Notes: generated by a model from the letters alone, not told the origin. A stretch of 63,670 bases of DNA, filler included, from Octopus bimaculoides (GCF_001194135.2; 6 parts of 5 records of this genome joined end to end with filler, not necessarily neighbours in it); one strand, 5' to 3'; numbered from the whole stretch's first letter, positions 48,996 to 63,670 are shown. Numbers and translations are program-made.

Positions 48996-51258
48996 GACAG
49001 ATGAAAACACCCATGATGATGATGAAAATACCCATGATACAAGGAGTAGTTTGACCACGCGTTCCCTCATGTTTTACTTCCGCTCACTTCGTACACTTCC
49101 CACGCAATCCAAATCTCTTCTTACATAATTTACATGATCGCTTACTGAGCTTCCCCCCACCACTCAGTACCTTCAAAACTAACTCCCAGCATCACTTCAC
49201 TTCTTTTACTCATTCGTACTTTTGTGCCTTAGTGGTAAAACCTTTATTTTTCGCTTTCTGTAGCAGGACAAAATGTCCGATACGTGAGATTTCTTTTCTT
49301 CCTCACGACCTAAATATATTCGACTGTTTAAACTATGCAAATTTGGTTAATCATAAAAGATCGTGGGCGACACACCTACTTCTGCCTCCGATTAAGACAA
49401 AAATCCACATAACATTCCATTGCACGCATCTCGCAAGTACAGACATACATAGACACATACATGCAATTACACACTGCCACGCATAAGCACCTACTTACAT
49501 ACATATAATTTCATGTGTTTTTGAATATTTGAACATAGTATAATCCATACATAGATAATTGCAAACGTATATCCATACCCTCACACACACACCCCACCTC
49601 AATCATGCTCATTCAATCTCACATACGCAACCAAACACGCATACACACAAGTATGCCATGTAAATGTTCAGAAAAATGTGCAGTCGAAAATGGCGAAAGA
49701 GCGCTTCCTATCAGAATTTCCCATCAATAAGAGAGAAATTACTTTTGTTGGAAACATTCGGTCTGGCAAAAGAATATAAAAGACAAAAAAAAAAAAAAAA
49801 AAAACAGCAGCCATTTACACATTACCATTCGTGGGGGCCAAAGTCTTACATTTATTTAATCATTACTATTATTATTATTATTATTATAATTATTATTATT
49901 ATAATTATTATTATTATTATTTTCACCGCAGCTCAATTCTACCTCTCTACAAACCAGCCCGCATTGCTACCGTCCTTCACATGTAAATGCATGTACGTAT
50001 GTAAGAATGTGTGAGGTTAAGTATGTATGTATGTATGTATGTATGTGTGTATTATGTATGTGTAAGGATATGTATGTATGAGGATATACATGTATTTATG
50101 TATGTGTGTATGTATGTCTGTATGTATGTGTGTATGTATGTGTGAGGATATGTATGTATATATGTATGTTTGTATGTATGTATCCATTTGAACCGCTGCT
50201 GGCTTCCTGACTGGTCTTTTATTATTTTTTATATTATTTTATTTGATTTGATTTTGCCATTTCCTTTCTTTTTTTTCTTTTTTGAAAACTGGCTGTTGGA
50301 ATAACAGAGAGAAAGCAACAATGTTTGGCGCTCATACTTGTTCTATTGCTTTGCTATTCAGATGCAATTGCCGTTGCTAACGTTCGCTAGAATTAACGTT
50401 TTACACGGAACTCTGAAGGCATCAAGGCATGACTCCGTCAGGTATTATTCAATGCAAGTCTGCTACCGAAATCGTGCTAGAATACGTAAGTGGGAAAAGA
50501 AAGCTTATTGGAATGAATGATGTAAGAGAACGAGATATAGATACAGGGTGAGAGATAACGGTGCTGCTAGACAAAGATATAGATAGATAGATAGATAGAT
50601 ATACAGAGCGGTAAAGAGAAAGAACGCTAGAGAGAAGGAGGGGTTGAGAGGTGGATGAGGAGGTGATGTGGGTTTATATGTAGACAGTGTGTGGGAAGCT
50701 GCGGGGAGAAGATGGAAAAAAAATCAATGAATTGGTAAATGTAAGAGTGAAATTTGAGGTTTGTATGTGTGTATGGGGGTGTGTGAGAGTTAGTAAGGTA
50801 TGGTGAAAAGTTTGGTGAGTAGTTATACAGTAAAGTATGTCGGTATGTAGTTTGAGATAAATTGACATATATGTAATACACACACACACACAAGTGTATA
50901 TACCTATATGCATGCAGGCACATACACATTCATACACATACTCACACATAGAATAAGCATGCCATTTTTTGAACCAGGAGAATTGAAATAAATATAAATA
51001 TTAAGAAATAAGGATGTAAACACGTTCCTTCCATGCTTTCTGTGTGTGAAACTACGAGATGAGACTCCCATGACGGACTGTTTAAGAGTGTGTTGACCGT
51101 TTCCATTAATAGCATAGCCTATTCAGCTGCTGTATAAGGCAGTTATAAATTAAGCTATCACCATAGTGGATAGCTGAATTTTCAATGATTATAATTTTGA
51201 CAGCACGTCGTTAATTAAGCAATATCGGTATATATATATATATATATTTATTAATGGA

Positions 51259-51495
51259 GCACTCCGTCGGTTACGACGTCAAGGGTCCCAGCTGATATAA
51301 TCAACGGAACAACCTGCTCGTGAAATTAACGTGCAAGTGGCTGAGCACTCCACAGATATGTGTACATTTAACGTAGTTTTCATGGAGATTCAGCATGACA
51401 CAGAGTGTGACAAAGCTGGCCCTTTGAAATAAAGATACTACTCATTTTTGCCAGCTGAGTGGACTGGAGCAACGTCAAATAAAGTGTCTTGCTCA
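51259..51495 (-). mobile_element. SINE sharing the family A 3' half but with a different upstream segment
   Basis: The 3' half matches family A; upstream is tgagcaagacactttatttgacgttgctccagtccactcagctggc instead of the family A segment. Confidence 0.75.
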
Positions 51496-51687
51496 NNNNN
51501 NNNNNNNNNNNNNNNNNNNNNNNNNNNNNNNNNNNNNNNNNNNNNNNNNNNNNNNNNNNNNNNNNNNNNNNNNNNNNNNNNNNNNNNNNNNNNNNNNNNN
51601 NNNNNNNNNNNNNNNNNNNNNNNNNNNNNNNNNNNNNNNNNNNNNNNNNNNNNNNNNNNNNNNNNNNNNNNNNNNNNNNNNNNNNNN

Positions 51688-51719
<32 letters not shown>

Positions 51720-52289
51720 ACTGTAAACACAGTGTGACTGAATTGTTGAGATGTTTGTTTTGCAGTCGGACGGTTTTGGGTTCAATCCCATTGTGCGGCA
51801 CCTTGAGCAAACTCGTCAGTCAGTGAAACTGTGATGAGAGGCACTGTATAGAAGCCCACCGAATGGGTCGCACTTGCAATTCAAAGGTGCAGATCTACCA
51901 CATACTGTCGCATTGATTTCACCGCAGAGTTACATTGTCTGTTGAATACTCGGACAATGATATGTCAATTCAATGAACCAGCAGACAACTGCAGACGTGT
52001 AGCCAGAAATTCATATTGCAATCTATTTTTGTTTTATGTTGTAGACGAATGGGAACAGAGGTGGACTAAAGATAGAAAGAGGTGAATAGAGGCTTTGTTT
52101 TTTAGAGAAAGGTAAAAAAATGCATACATGTGCGTGTACACGAGTATGTATGATTATTTGTCTCATTCCACACACGCACATATACATACATACATACATA
52201 CATATATATATCATAATAATAATAATAATAATAATACAAATGATATATGAGCATATGCATGTATACATACATGTATGCACATACCTACA

Positions 52290-52470
52290 TCTACATGTAT
52301 ATATAGATGCATATCCGGGTACAGGACGTCAGAAAAAGGAACGGGAACATAAGGCACAAAAACGGACTGTTTACAGACAACAGAACGAACACATAAGAAA
52401 ACAAACAAGCCACTTATGGAATTTTTCTTTCATCAGCTGCCTATTCTAAACTAGGCATTTCGAAGATGAT
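52290..52470 (-). mobile_element. Penelope-like pLTR fragment
   Basis: CTGATGA at 52430-52436 (minus) and cctgtacccggatatgc end, next to (TA)n. Confidence 0.5.
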
Positions 52471-52501
52471 ATATATATAGTGTGTGTGTGTGTGTGTGTG
52501 A

Positions 52502-52775
52502 GGAGGCGCAATGGCCCAGTGGTCAGGGCAGTGATACTCGCGGTCGTAGACCGGGTGTTGTGAGTGTTTATTGAGCGGAAACACCTAAAGCTCCACAAGG
52601 CTCCGGCAGGGGTGGTGGTGGCGAACCCTGCTGCACCCTTTCACCACAATTTTCTCACTCTTTGTTTCTATTTTACCTGTATTTCAAAGGGCCAACCTTG
52701 TCACACTGTGTCACGCTGAATCTCCCCGAGAACTACGTTAAGGGTACACGTGTCTGTGGAGTGCTCAGCCACTTG
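52502..52775 (+). mobile_element. SINE family A (truncated by gap)
   Basis: Head and body match 37688-38072. Confidence 0.9.
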
Positions 52776-53089
52776 NNNNNNNNNNNNNNNNNNNNNNNNN
52801 NNNNNNNNNNNNNNNNNNNNNNNNNNNNNNNNNNNNNNNNNNNNNNNNNNNNNNNNNNNNNNNNNNNNNNNNNNNNNNNNNNNNNNNNNNNNNNNNNNNN
52901 NNNNNNNNNNNNNNNNNNNNNNNNNNNNNNNNNNNNNNNNNNNNNNNNNNNNNNNNNNNNNNNNNNNNNNNNNNNNNNNNNNNNNNNNNNNNNNNNNNNN
53001 NNNNNNNNNNNNNNNNNNNNNNNNNNNGTAACTTTAAAAAATCTTACTTTAAGTATTGATTGTACCAATATCTTTTACAAAAAACTATT

Positions 53090-53148
<59 letters not shown>

Positions 53149-54023
53149 AAGGGGGGAGAGACATTCAGACAGACAGATAGAGAGAACGAAGGGGAGAGAC
53201 GAGGGAAAACTCAAAATGTAAATAGATGGAAAGCAAGGATATGTAGTTAGATAGGCATGTGTGTAAATAATTATATTGCTGGCTAAATGGGCAGACCGTT
53301 AGATAAATAGGTAGATTAAAAATATCTGAAGAGATGGATAAGTATTTCAATAGATAAATAAGAGAAAGAGACATAGGCAGGTCTCTCTCTCTAATATCTG
53401 TGTCTGTCCATCCATCCATCCGTCCGTCTATCTGTCCGTCTGCCTATCTATCTATCTACCCATCTATCTGTAGCTCTATCTACTGTAAGCATTTATAGAT
53501 GCATAAATGTATATGGGAGAGAGAGAGAGGGGGAGAGAGAGGGAGAGGGAGAGAGAGAGAGAGAGAGAGCGATATGAAAAGATATATATTGTGTATTAAG
53601 AGCAGAATTTGGAAAATTTCTTTTCCCATGGCTTGGTGTATTATTAATAATTAATTAGCAATAATTATAATAATACCTATTGTAGTAATTACAGTCGAGG
53701 AGCAGCCAATAATGTCTGGTACATCATCTACACCAACACAGAATAGCTGAGACGAAAACTGCAACAATAAGGCTGCCATGGCGTTGACAAACAACAACAA
53801 TGGCAAAGGTAGCAATTTCTTAATTAAACCTGAAGCTGTAAATATGGTAGAGATAGAGAGGAAGAGAAAGCGTACGTCGAAAGACACCGAACAGAGAAAG
53901 CGAGACTAATAATGTATAATGGGAAGTGAGATGGATTTGGTGGAAGCAATATGGCGGACGACTAAATTTTGCGGTGCATTCAGAAAACGAGTATTTAACA
54001 TCTCTATATAATGTGTGTGTGTA

Positions 54024-54385
54024 GGAGGCGCAATGGCCCAGTGGTTAGGGCAGCGGACTCGGGGTTATAGGATCGCGGTTTCGATTCCCAGAGCGAAAAC
54101 ACCTAAAGCTCCACGAGGCTCCGGCAGGGGATGGTGACGAACCCTGCTGTACTCTTTCACCACAACTTTCTCTCACTCTTCCTTCCTGTTTCTGTTGTAC
54201 CTGTAATTCAAAGGGCCAGCCTTGTCACACTGTGTCACGCTGAGTATCCCCGAGAACTACGTTAAGGGGCACACGTGTCTGTGGAGTGCTCAGCCACTTG
54301 CACGTTAATTTCACGAGCAAGCTGTTCCGTTGATCGGATCAACTGGAACCCTCGACGTCGTAAGCGACGGAGTGCCAACAACAAC
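54024..54385 (+). mobile_element. SINE family A with small internal deletion
   Basis: A and B boxes, (CAA)n tail, TSD ATAATGTGTGT. Confidence 0.93.
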
Positions 54386-57300
54386 AATAATGTGTGTCTG
54401 TGTGTGTGTGTGTGTGTGTGAATGTATAATATCATTATGAAGTTTGCATCGTACATTCGAACATTGTATGGAAGCCTGATCTGTACCACATGTTAAACAA
54501 CCATCAATGGTGGACCACGTAGTTTAGGTTCTTCTAATTTTCATTCTTACCTCGTCTTTTCAACTCTTTTTATTAATCATCTATATTCCGAAGAAGCACT
54601 ATCTGAAACGCTGTATAAAGTTTTTCTACTTTCCGCAGCCCAAACCCGTCACCAAACAGAGCTTTTGATTTCTATGTTCGTGTCTCTAGTCCGTGTTTTT
54701 CTACATATGCATACATACATACAAACATACATACATACAAACATACATACATACAAACAAACATACATACAAACAAACATACATACATACCGCTACGTCT
54801 CAAGCTATTGCTATCTAGCACCTTCGGATGATCTCTACTCGACTGCTACCCAAGAGCTACTCGTCAGCTACACAACACTACCACGGCTAGACTACCTCTA
54901 TTTATATGCCTTGGGTGATCCTACTTCGATTGGGGACGTCGACACAACACATACATACATACATACACAGGCATGCATACACGCACACAAAAAATACACG
55001 TATATTTATGTATGTACGTTTGAGTGGGTGGTTGTAAGACATGTAGCCGCTTTGAAATAAAGAAGTTAAGTAAAAATAAATTTAAAATAGACGAGGATAA
55101 ATATATATTTATAAATTCAATGTTTAGTGACAAACTGCAGAATTTTTTTGATCTTACTATTATCGTCAAACTGATTTGTTTGACAAGGCTGATAAAATCA
55201 AAACATTCTATAGTTTGCTACCAATCATTATGCATAAATATGTACATATCTAAGTTTGTGTTTGTGTGTGAATGTAAATGTATATTTATATATATACGTA
55301 TCAGTATATACACACACATATTGGGATTGGTCAAGTGATGTAGGCACCTCAGATGAGACTACAATGAGGGTTGAAAATCGATTAATGCTGTCCATCACTT
55401 GTTCAGTCTACGGAGAAATATTTTGCCATTTTTGTATATCTGCTATGTAGGTTTACAATCACACACACACACACACACACGAAAAATTGAACTTTCCAGA
55501 AAATTCTTCCGCAGAAGATTATATACCGTTACGTGATAGAAATGTTCAAAGTCTACTCCCTGATGTATACGCAGCAGGTCTCTGCCTCGGTTTAAATCCC
55601 GACTGTTTTCTTCAAATTCAAGGCTTTATTGAACAATAAAATAGGATTCTTCAGATTGCGTAATGGCGTCAGTAAAAATCTGGTCAATGAACTTATTAAG
55701 CACAAATCTTTTCAGTTAGACTTGTTCTTCAGCTCGATAAAAGAGACGAAATCAGAAGATAAAAGACAGAGAAAGCTTACTTTGTAGTCTAGATGCCAGA
55801 AACTTAGCGACCTGAGCAACAAAATGTAACAGAGGGCAAATTCTCGGTTTTTACAGTCATTACAGTTACAACTATCAGAATGCTGTGTGGTAGAAGCGTC
55901 TATACTGATATAGCACTCACCACTTACAGTTATGTGTTTGCTTCTCTCCGAATGCACATTTTGCTACTATGAACAACACTCTCCAATGCCACTTTACTTT
56001 TTTTCTTTGGAATGGTCGTGTTCCATGTAAATCTTTTACAATAAAACAGAAAATGAACCGAAAATTAAAGGCAACTATTCTTTTTAGCCAACAACTCATT
56101 CATTTTAATACAAACATACTTGTCAAGTACGTTTGAATTTACACATTTACGTATATTCAAACTATCCCGTTATCCACTGCAATATAATACAAAGCAGTGG
56201 TCTGCACATAGTCAAACATTCGCATACAAATACACAGCCACACACAGGTATACACACACACATACATACATACCTGCATGCATATATATATATATATACG
56301 CTCATGTATAAACATGCATTATAGCTCGAGGCAAAATATAATGTATGCGAAAATTCTTATGGATACAAGAATCATAATGCATTTAAATGCAAACGTATAT
56401 ACATTGAACCACGTATAGTACATCACGCGCATAAGAATCCACAAGCCAGACATGCGCCAACATACACATAATATAATAATCACAACGAAGGAAGAAGTAT
56501 AAGAACTTTGAAGGGATACAAATAAAAAATGTATCGTTCGAACACACGGACATTATAAAACACATTGCACACACACACACACATACACACACACACATAT
56601 ATCTATATAAATACGCATACATTCACTCGTGTGTATAAAATTGCCGTTTTCGCATTGACAAATGCATACATAGAAATACTCTCTGGATACAGATATGTTC
56701 ATATATACATATTTGTACATAAATACACAAACACACACACACACATATGTAAGTATGCACGCATACACAAATACACTTAAATAGACATACTTCCGCATAT
56801 ACTAGCAAATATGCATTCATAGATTCATGGAAACATTCCAGCGTTTAAATCCCTATGTTGGCAATTACATGTGTGAACACACAGACACACACGTGCGCGC
56901 GTGCGCACACAAACATACACGCACATATAAAGATACAAATACGCATAACTAAGGGTGCCCATTTAAGCATACACACATGCATATGTCTATATTATACACA
57001 CACACACACACATATATACATACATATATGTATATATACATATATATACATACATACATATATATATTCAGATATATACTCTCGTACTCATACAGATATA
57101 CGTACATACAAAGGCAAACACAAATATATATACACACATGTACATAGCAAGCATATCACGAACACATAGGAAATGTGGTCACGTGCACATATACATATAT
57201 GTAAAAAATATCAATCTATGTGTATGTATATATATATATATATATATATGCCATTGTTTATAGATGTATATCTATATGTATCTATATATACATATATCGA

Positions 57301-57929
57301 TATGTATATATTCACACACACATGTTTATATATATGTATGTGTGTATGTATGTCTGTATGCATACACACATATGCACGTACATATACACTTGTACCAGTA
57401 TATATACATACACAACTTAATGGAATCGTACCAGCGCCGAAGATTAAATATTAGCTATTATATGCGTGATATATATGCATAGATATTGTAAAACTTCCGC
57501 TCAGACAAAGATATGTGTATATGAATGCGTGTGTGTAAACCTGTATGTATAATATATATATATACACATATACGCACGCATAAACGTACACGCAGCCACG
57601 GCCTGACACATACATGCATACATTTTTGCACGTAGCTCCATCCATATTTATTTACATCGTTACAAAAGCACGTCCCTATTTACATACATGCATAAATAAA
57701 ACATTAAAAAAAAAAAATATGTGAAATATGAAAAACGAAGGCAATGAAGGAAAGAAAAAGAAAACACTGAAAAGAAAACACTGGAAATGAAAACAAAAAT
57801 TATGAAATATGTATCTGTAAAACAAAATTATATGACAAAAATGAGAATAGTAAAAGAACCACTTAAATGTACTAAGTACAACATAAAACTGCGAATAATA
57901 CAGGCATACAAGAATAACAAGAATAACGC

Positions 57930-58350
57930 TTTCAAATTTTGGCACAAGTCCAGAAATTTTGGGGGAAGAGGCTAAGTCGATTACATCGAGCCCAATACTG
58001 AACTGGCGTTTATTTTAACGACCCAGAAAGGATGAAAGCAAAGTCGGCCGAATTTGAGCCCAGATGGACGAAATGGCGCTAAGCATTTCGCCCGGAGTGT
58101 AAACAATCCTGCCAGCTCGCCGTCCAAAGAATAATAATAGTTGTTTTTACTAAAGGCACAATGCCTGAAATTTGGTGGGAGGGGGCTNNNNNNNNNNNNN
58201 NNNNNNNNNNNNNNNNNNNNNNNNNNNNNNNTTAATTAATTAANNNNNNNNNNNNNNNNNNNNNNNNNNNNNNNNNNNNNNNNNNNNTCGATCTAATCGA
58301 CTGGCTTCCTCCCCAAAAATTTCGGGCCTTGTGCCTATAGTAGAAAAGAA
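57930..58350 (-). mobile_element. SINE family B fragments around a gap
   Basis: gaaattttgggggaagaggctaagtcgattacatcg...gcatttcgcccgg...cctgccagctcgcc. Confidence 0.75.
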
Positions 58351-60501
58351 TAACTCTAACATTTTTTTGACATTAATCTACATTTTGAATACTTCAAAAC
58401 TTCTTAAGTGCTGGCATAGTTGAGGGGTTAAGAAACTCGCTTTGCACAAACGTAGTGACAGGTTCAGTCCCAGTGCGCGATATCTTGGACCAACCAATGC
58501 CTTGTAAGTAGATTTGATAGACGGAAATTGTGTTGAAATATATGTAGCAGAGATTCGAAACTGATCCCTGGATACGCGGTCAGACATCACGAGCAAACCG
58601 CAATAGTTTCATGTGATCGGTCTATTAAGCAACCAATAAACGTCAAGTCATTCCAGAGATATATCATCAGTGGCAGACGAAATTCACCCAGAAGCGGGGG
58701 TGGCATTGTTAAATCTAGATTTTTGCTGTCTTGAGCTCCACCAGTAGCAAATATTCACTGGTTGTGCATGCTAAGCGAAAATCAGCTGCTAGATAATAAA
58801 GTTAAACAGTAATTGAAAAGTTACTGGAGTAGCGTTCAGCCAGCAGGCTGAATGAAAAATCGTTATTAGCGACGGAAGCAGTATTTGTTCAAATTAGTAA
58901 TCTGTATATCACACTTAGAGCAAATATACAATTGAANNNNNNNNNNNNNNNNNNNNNNNNNNNNNNNNNNNNNNNNNNNNNNNNNNNNNNNNNNNNNNNN
59001 NNNNNNNNNNNNNNNNNNNNNNNNNNNNNNNNNNNNNNNNNNNNNNNNNNNNNNNNNNNNNNNNNNNNNNNNNNNNNNNNNNNNNNNNNNNNNNNNNNNN
59101 NNNNNNNNNNNNNNNNNNNNNNNNNNNNNNNNNNNNNNNNNNNNNNNNNNNNNNNNNNNNNNNNNNNNNNNNNNNNNNNNNNNNNNNNNNNNNNNNNNNN
59201 NNNNNNNNNNNNNNNNNNNNNNNNNNNNNNNNNNNNNNNNNNNNNNNNNNNNNNNNNNNNNNNNNNNNNNNNNNNNNNNNNNNNNNNNNNNNNNNNNNNN
59301 NNNNNNNNNNNNNNNNNNNNNNNNNNNNNNNNNNNNNNNNNNNNNNNNNNNNNNNNNNNNNNNNNNNNNNNNNNNNNNNNNNNNNNNNNNNNNNNNNNNN
59401 NNNNNNNNNNNNNNNNNNNNNNNNNNNNNNNNNNNNNNNNNNNNNNNNNNNNNNNNNNNNNNNNNNNNNNNNNNNNNNNNNNNNNNNNNNNNNNNNNNNN
59501 NNNNNNNNNNNNNNNNNNNNNNNNNNNNNNNNNNNNNNNNNNNNNNNNNNNNNNNNNNNNNNNNNNNNNNNNNNNNNNNNNNNNNNNNNNNNNNNNNNNN
59601 NNNNNNNNNNNNNNNNNNNNNNNNNNNNNNNNNNNNNNNNNNNNNNNNNNNNNNNNNNNNNNNNNNNNNNNNNNNNNNNNNNNNNNNNNNNNNNNNNNNN
59701 NNNNNNNNNNNNNNNNNNNNNNNNNNNNNNNNNNNNNNNNNNNNNNNNNNNNNNNNNNNNNNNNNNNNNNNNCACACAAGCAACAATTTTCAATCACAAC
59801 ATTAATAATAAACAAAACGTTTGAATAAAAATAAAAAGAATTTGAGTGATGTAGAAATAGCGTTAAACGTATGTTTTTGAATGGGTTTTTGTGGAGTTTT
59901 TTTTTTCTGGGTTAGGGGAAACCACAATTAAAAGGAAGGATAACGAAAGCCGAATGATAATGCAAAGTTACTCAAACACGTGAATCTTCCAGATAGTGAG
60001 GTGGCAAAGAAACTGATGGAACATACTATACATGCGTGTTGAAAATACAAATGGATCTTTATGCTGTGTATTCACGATGCAAGCAGGGCTAAATGACGTG
60101 TGTGCGAGATGCAAGTGAGTCTGCATGAGGTGTGCCCAACACGCAAGTATGTTTTCATGATGTGTGCACGAGATGCAAGTGATACTTGTACGATGTGAGT
60201 ACTTTGTAGAAATTCTTTAGAAAGTGAAGAGCATTAGTATTAATATTTTAACAATCATAAAAATATGACTTTACGTTCCCGGCTATCACAAACTATCCAG
60301 AAAACTGAGCACGATATTAATGAGAAAAAGTTTATTATGGAATTTCGTACTTCAAATTGTAACGGTGTTGATCCCACGGTACTCGTTGCGTTGTCGAGCT
60401 CACGGTACTCTTTGCCACTGCTGATCTGGATTGTTTGATGATTGCTATTTTACAACTTGTCTGCTTTTCCTGCTAACATAGCTTCTGGCATTTTCAATAT
60501 T

Positions 60502-60688
60502 TTAATCTTTTAGCATTTAAACCGGCCTTTTTAGCCCGAATATACAACCTGTTTTGCGTTTAAATTCTAAAAACTACTCGATTACATCCTCAAAATTTCT
60601 TAACTACAAGATAATATATGATTGATTCAAAACCATGCAAATTAATAAGCATTAGATTTGACAGAGTAATCTAAATGCTAAAGATTAA
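60502..60688. mobile_element. TTAA-flanked MITE (piggyBac-like)
   Basis: TTAA|TCTTTTAGCATT ... AATGCTAAAGA|TTAA. Confidence 0.75.
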
Positions 60689-61693
60689 AAAAACTTTCTT
60701 TTGGAACCAGATGATTATGGATTAACTGCCAAGACTATAAGCAAAAATTTCGAAACAAAAATGAGTAACATGATTGTCTTTTTTGAATCAAATCTGTGAT
60801 AATATCTGATTATAAATAATTATACAAACAGGAGATTATTTGTGGCCATTCAAATAAGGTAAGTGTGGGTGAAAAGTTTTTGATTATTATCAATAAATAA
60901 GTGCATATACTGCATTGTTTGAAACTTGAAAGTACAAAGCATTTGAAGAAATAAAAGGGAAACCGAACAAGTATTTTGTCGGGGAACAAATTATGTCAGT
61001 AACAATAAACAAGCTGCTTCCTGTTAGATATAAACTAAGCTATTATCGTCACTATCGTCGTCATCATCATCTTCATCACTATCACCATACCATCATTATC
61101 ATTTATCCATTCAATCTTATATTTTCATTACTTCATGTCTTCCTGTCCAAACCATTAAAATAATACGATCTACTCTACAACAAACAACCACCATTGACAT
61201 TAGCACCAAACAGTGAAGCAAAAACTAGCGCCCACTTAAATCATGAAAATATCGGAATTTTCCGGAAATTTGTATAACATTTAACATAATCTAACTCAAA
61301 TTGGTTTAATTGTGCGCAATTATCAATGTGGAAATATTGGATACGAACTGGAATGAAACAGGTTTTTATTTGCTCAAATATTTTAACAATTTCTTAATGT
61401 CAAATTTATATCAGTTTCTCGATTTCAACTTTCGATTTATAAAACTTTTCTAAGAATTCGATATGGCATTTAAATACTTTAAGCAGTTGAGATACTCAGG
61501 CACTAATCTTCCAAATATAAAATCATTTTCAAAAGAATAGAATTTCACTCCATTCAAAAATAACCACACCCCACTAATATATATATATATATANNNNNNN
61601 NNNNNNNNNNNNNNNNNNNNNNNNNNNNNNNNNNNNNTTAATTAATTAANNNNNNNNNNNNNNNNNNNNNNNNNNNNNNNNNNNNNNNNNNNN

Positions 61694-63015
61694 CTTTTCA
61701 AATTTCTCAAGTTTCTTTGCCGATATTGTGTCATCTCTTCACTGTGTGTTGTAGGAGAGTTCCAAATAGGGGGAGGTAATCAGGGATGTTTTCGGTATAA
61801 GGGAGATAATCAAAAATGTTGGGCATGATTAGATTTGGTTTTGATACAATAAAATGTTAGAACAGGTTAAGTTTTGCTTTATATTTTTCAATAAGGTAAG
61901 TTTCCTTATTTAAAAATGCTAGAAATGATTACATTTTGGCTTATATTTTTCAATGAAGTAGGTTTTCTTATTTAATCTAACTTGTGTTGGTGTTCCAAGG
62001 GCACATTGATAAAATGGAAGGATTACAAATTATGGTAGCAGTTACTTTGCGGATCTCTCAATGTGTTCACTAAAGGGTATTATTTTGTATTCTTGGAACG
62101 CAATCTGCTGTCGGTGCAGAGTGCATCTGCGTCTCCGCAATAATCCCGTGGATCCTATGTAGTTTTGGTGGCAGCCCGAGCATCTTATAAAATAAATCAG
62201 GTTTTCTGAGGTACAAGTAAAATCAGATTTGATTTTGAATTTTTGTCCCTCTTTAAAAGGGAATTCTGATCCTTCTAGAAGGTTTGGGCATGTTGCGCAA
62301 TTTGGCCGACCACATTTTTTCACTTTTGCGTCCGTTATTTTAGAAAATATTTTTGCCTTTGTGAGGATCTTTTTTTAGTGAATTCGGTTGTTTGTGGCTT
62401 TTAATGATCTTATATGTGTGTAAAATTTCCTTTAATTTGGGGACCTTATGTAGTATTAGTAGATTTTGGGTGATGATGGTGAAGGCTTCTTTGTTTCTGG
62501 GGTTGTATATGGATATGCACGGCAGTATTTTCGGGGAAGGTGCGTTGCTGTGTTTTTATGTCGATTTGTGTTGCACGTCTGATTCTATCCTCCATGAGTT
62601 GAACTGGGTAGTGTCTGTCAGTCAGGGTGTTCTTGCAGTCTAAAGTCTCTGGTATTTTTTTGTGACACTATGGTGCATATCCTTCTTGCAAGGTTAAAGG
62701 GGACGTTTGTTTTGGTGTCTTGGGTGGCATGAATTAAATAGTAGATATTGTTTGGCGTCGGTAGCTTTGTAAAATATGTCCGTTTCTATTTTTAGGTTTA
62801 TTTTTTTAACTAATATATCCAAGAACGTGAGCTCCTTTTAGTTGTTTTCCATTGTGAACTGTATGTTTTGATTGACGCTGTTCAGTAGTCTTTTGAATTC
62901 CAGGAGATTGTCTGTGTTTTCATTCCAGAGGATGAAAGAGTCGTCCAAGAATCTTTTCCAATTTTTGAGGGTCAGGATGAGAGCTTCTATACAACAGGAA
63001 TCCAAGCGCTGCAAC
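61694..63015 (-). mobile_element. Penelope-like element, RT C-terminus + GIY-YIG endonuclease (degraded)
   Basis: WKRFLDDSFILW (RT catalytic), IQFTME, FLDILV, YLLFNSCHP; CGRPNCATC...NLIYFIRCSGCHQNYIGSTG (GIY-YIG with Zn ligands). Confidence 0.93.
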
Positions 63016-63564
63016 ACCAATAGAAGAAGTGTATGGACCACAGGGAAGACTATATCGAAAAATAAAACACGTTTGGTCAAAACCGTACACATATCTGTCG
63101 GTCTATTCTATATATATACACACATGGACATATACATTCCACTTACACACACACACACATACTAACACACCCACACACTCACACACACTCACACACACAA
63201 ACATAATACTTCTAGACATTTTATATTTATCTATACACGTATAAAGTGAGAGGTAGGCAGATATCGGTACATAATGATATATTATAGATGTGTATATTTA
63301 TAAACATATATATATATATAACTGCGTATCCCCCCTCTCTCTCTTTCTTTTTCCCTTTGTATAAATATTTGCATGTGTGTGTGTGTGTGTGTTTGCGTGT
63401 TTATATACGTTATCAATGAGAGTATCTTTTCTCCAAATCCATTTATTGGACGGCATCAACTCGAAGTACAACAAGAAAAGGGCCTGAAAATTAGGAATCG
63501 ATAAGATTTTGAATAGCGCCAAGTGAATTCTTTTAGAGTAACGAAGATCAAAGTATATAATTGT

Positions 63565-63670
63565 CGTGTGATTCGGAAGTTTAGTTCGTAACGATGTAAA
63601 ACTGGGTTTCATTCCACTGCGGGGTACCTTGGGCAAATGTCAATAATATCGGATTGGCCAATGTCATCTG
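63565..63670 (+). mobile_element. Degenerate SINE family C head
   Basis: gggtttcattccactgcggggtaccttgggcaaatgtc. Confidence 0.6.

Noticed and set aside
53651-53930. Hydrophobic membrane-protein-like ORF and its KRKR-containing mirror frame (similar case at 36283-36489)
   Set aside because: Purine-rich decayed triplet-repeat-like sequence gives such frames by composition; the plus frame has an internal stop.
60095-60190. Three degenerate gtgtgc..gatgcaagtga repeats
   Set aside because: Short and poorly conserved; consistent with decayed simple tandem duplication.

Overview
AT-rich, gap-ridden animal genomic DNA made almost entirely of decayed transposable elements and microsatellites. The repeat families look like those of octopod cephalopods, probably Octopus; this is inferred from remembered SINE and Penelope sequences, not from a search. 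I see no intact host gene, tRNA, rRNA or CRISPR array. Supported elements are a near full-length degraded RTE LINE, other RTE 3' ends, a Tx1/L1-type RT fragment, four R4/Dong-like RLE LINE fragments next to (ATGT)n, a Penelope RT/GIY-YIG fragment with several pLTR-like pieces, Tc1/mariner remnants and MITEs, and at least three tRNA-derived SINE families. The most interesting observations are: (1) a minimal type I hammerhead ribozyme motif in the loop of a ~150 bp-arm hairpin (30989-31347); (2) other long fold-backs, two of them inside SINE copies; (3) an LTR plus tRNA-Trp primer-binding site nested in a maT transposase; (4) RLE LINEs tied to (CATA)n that carry this motif in their own 3' UTR. 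A few minus-strand exon-like segments are weak candidates only. Coordinates of decayed repeats are approximate.
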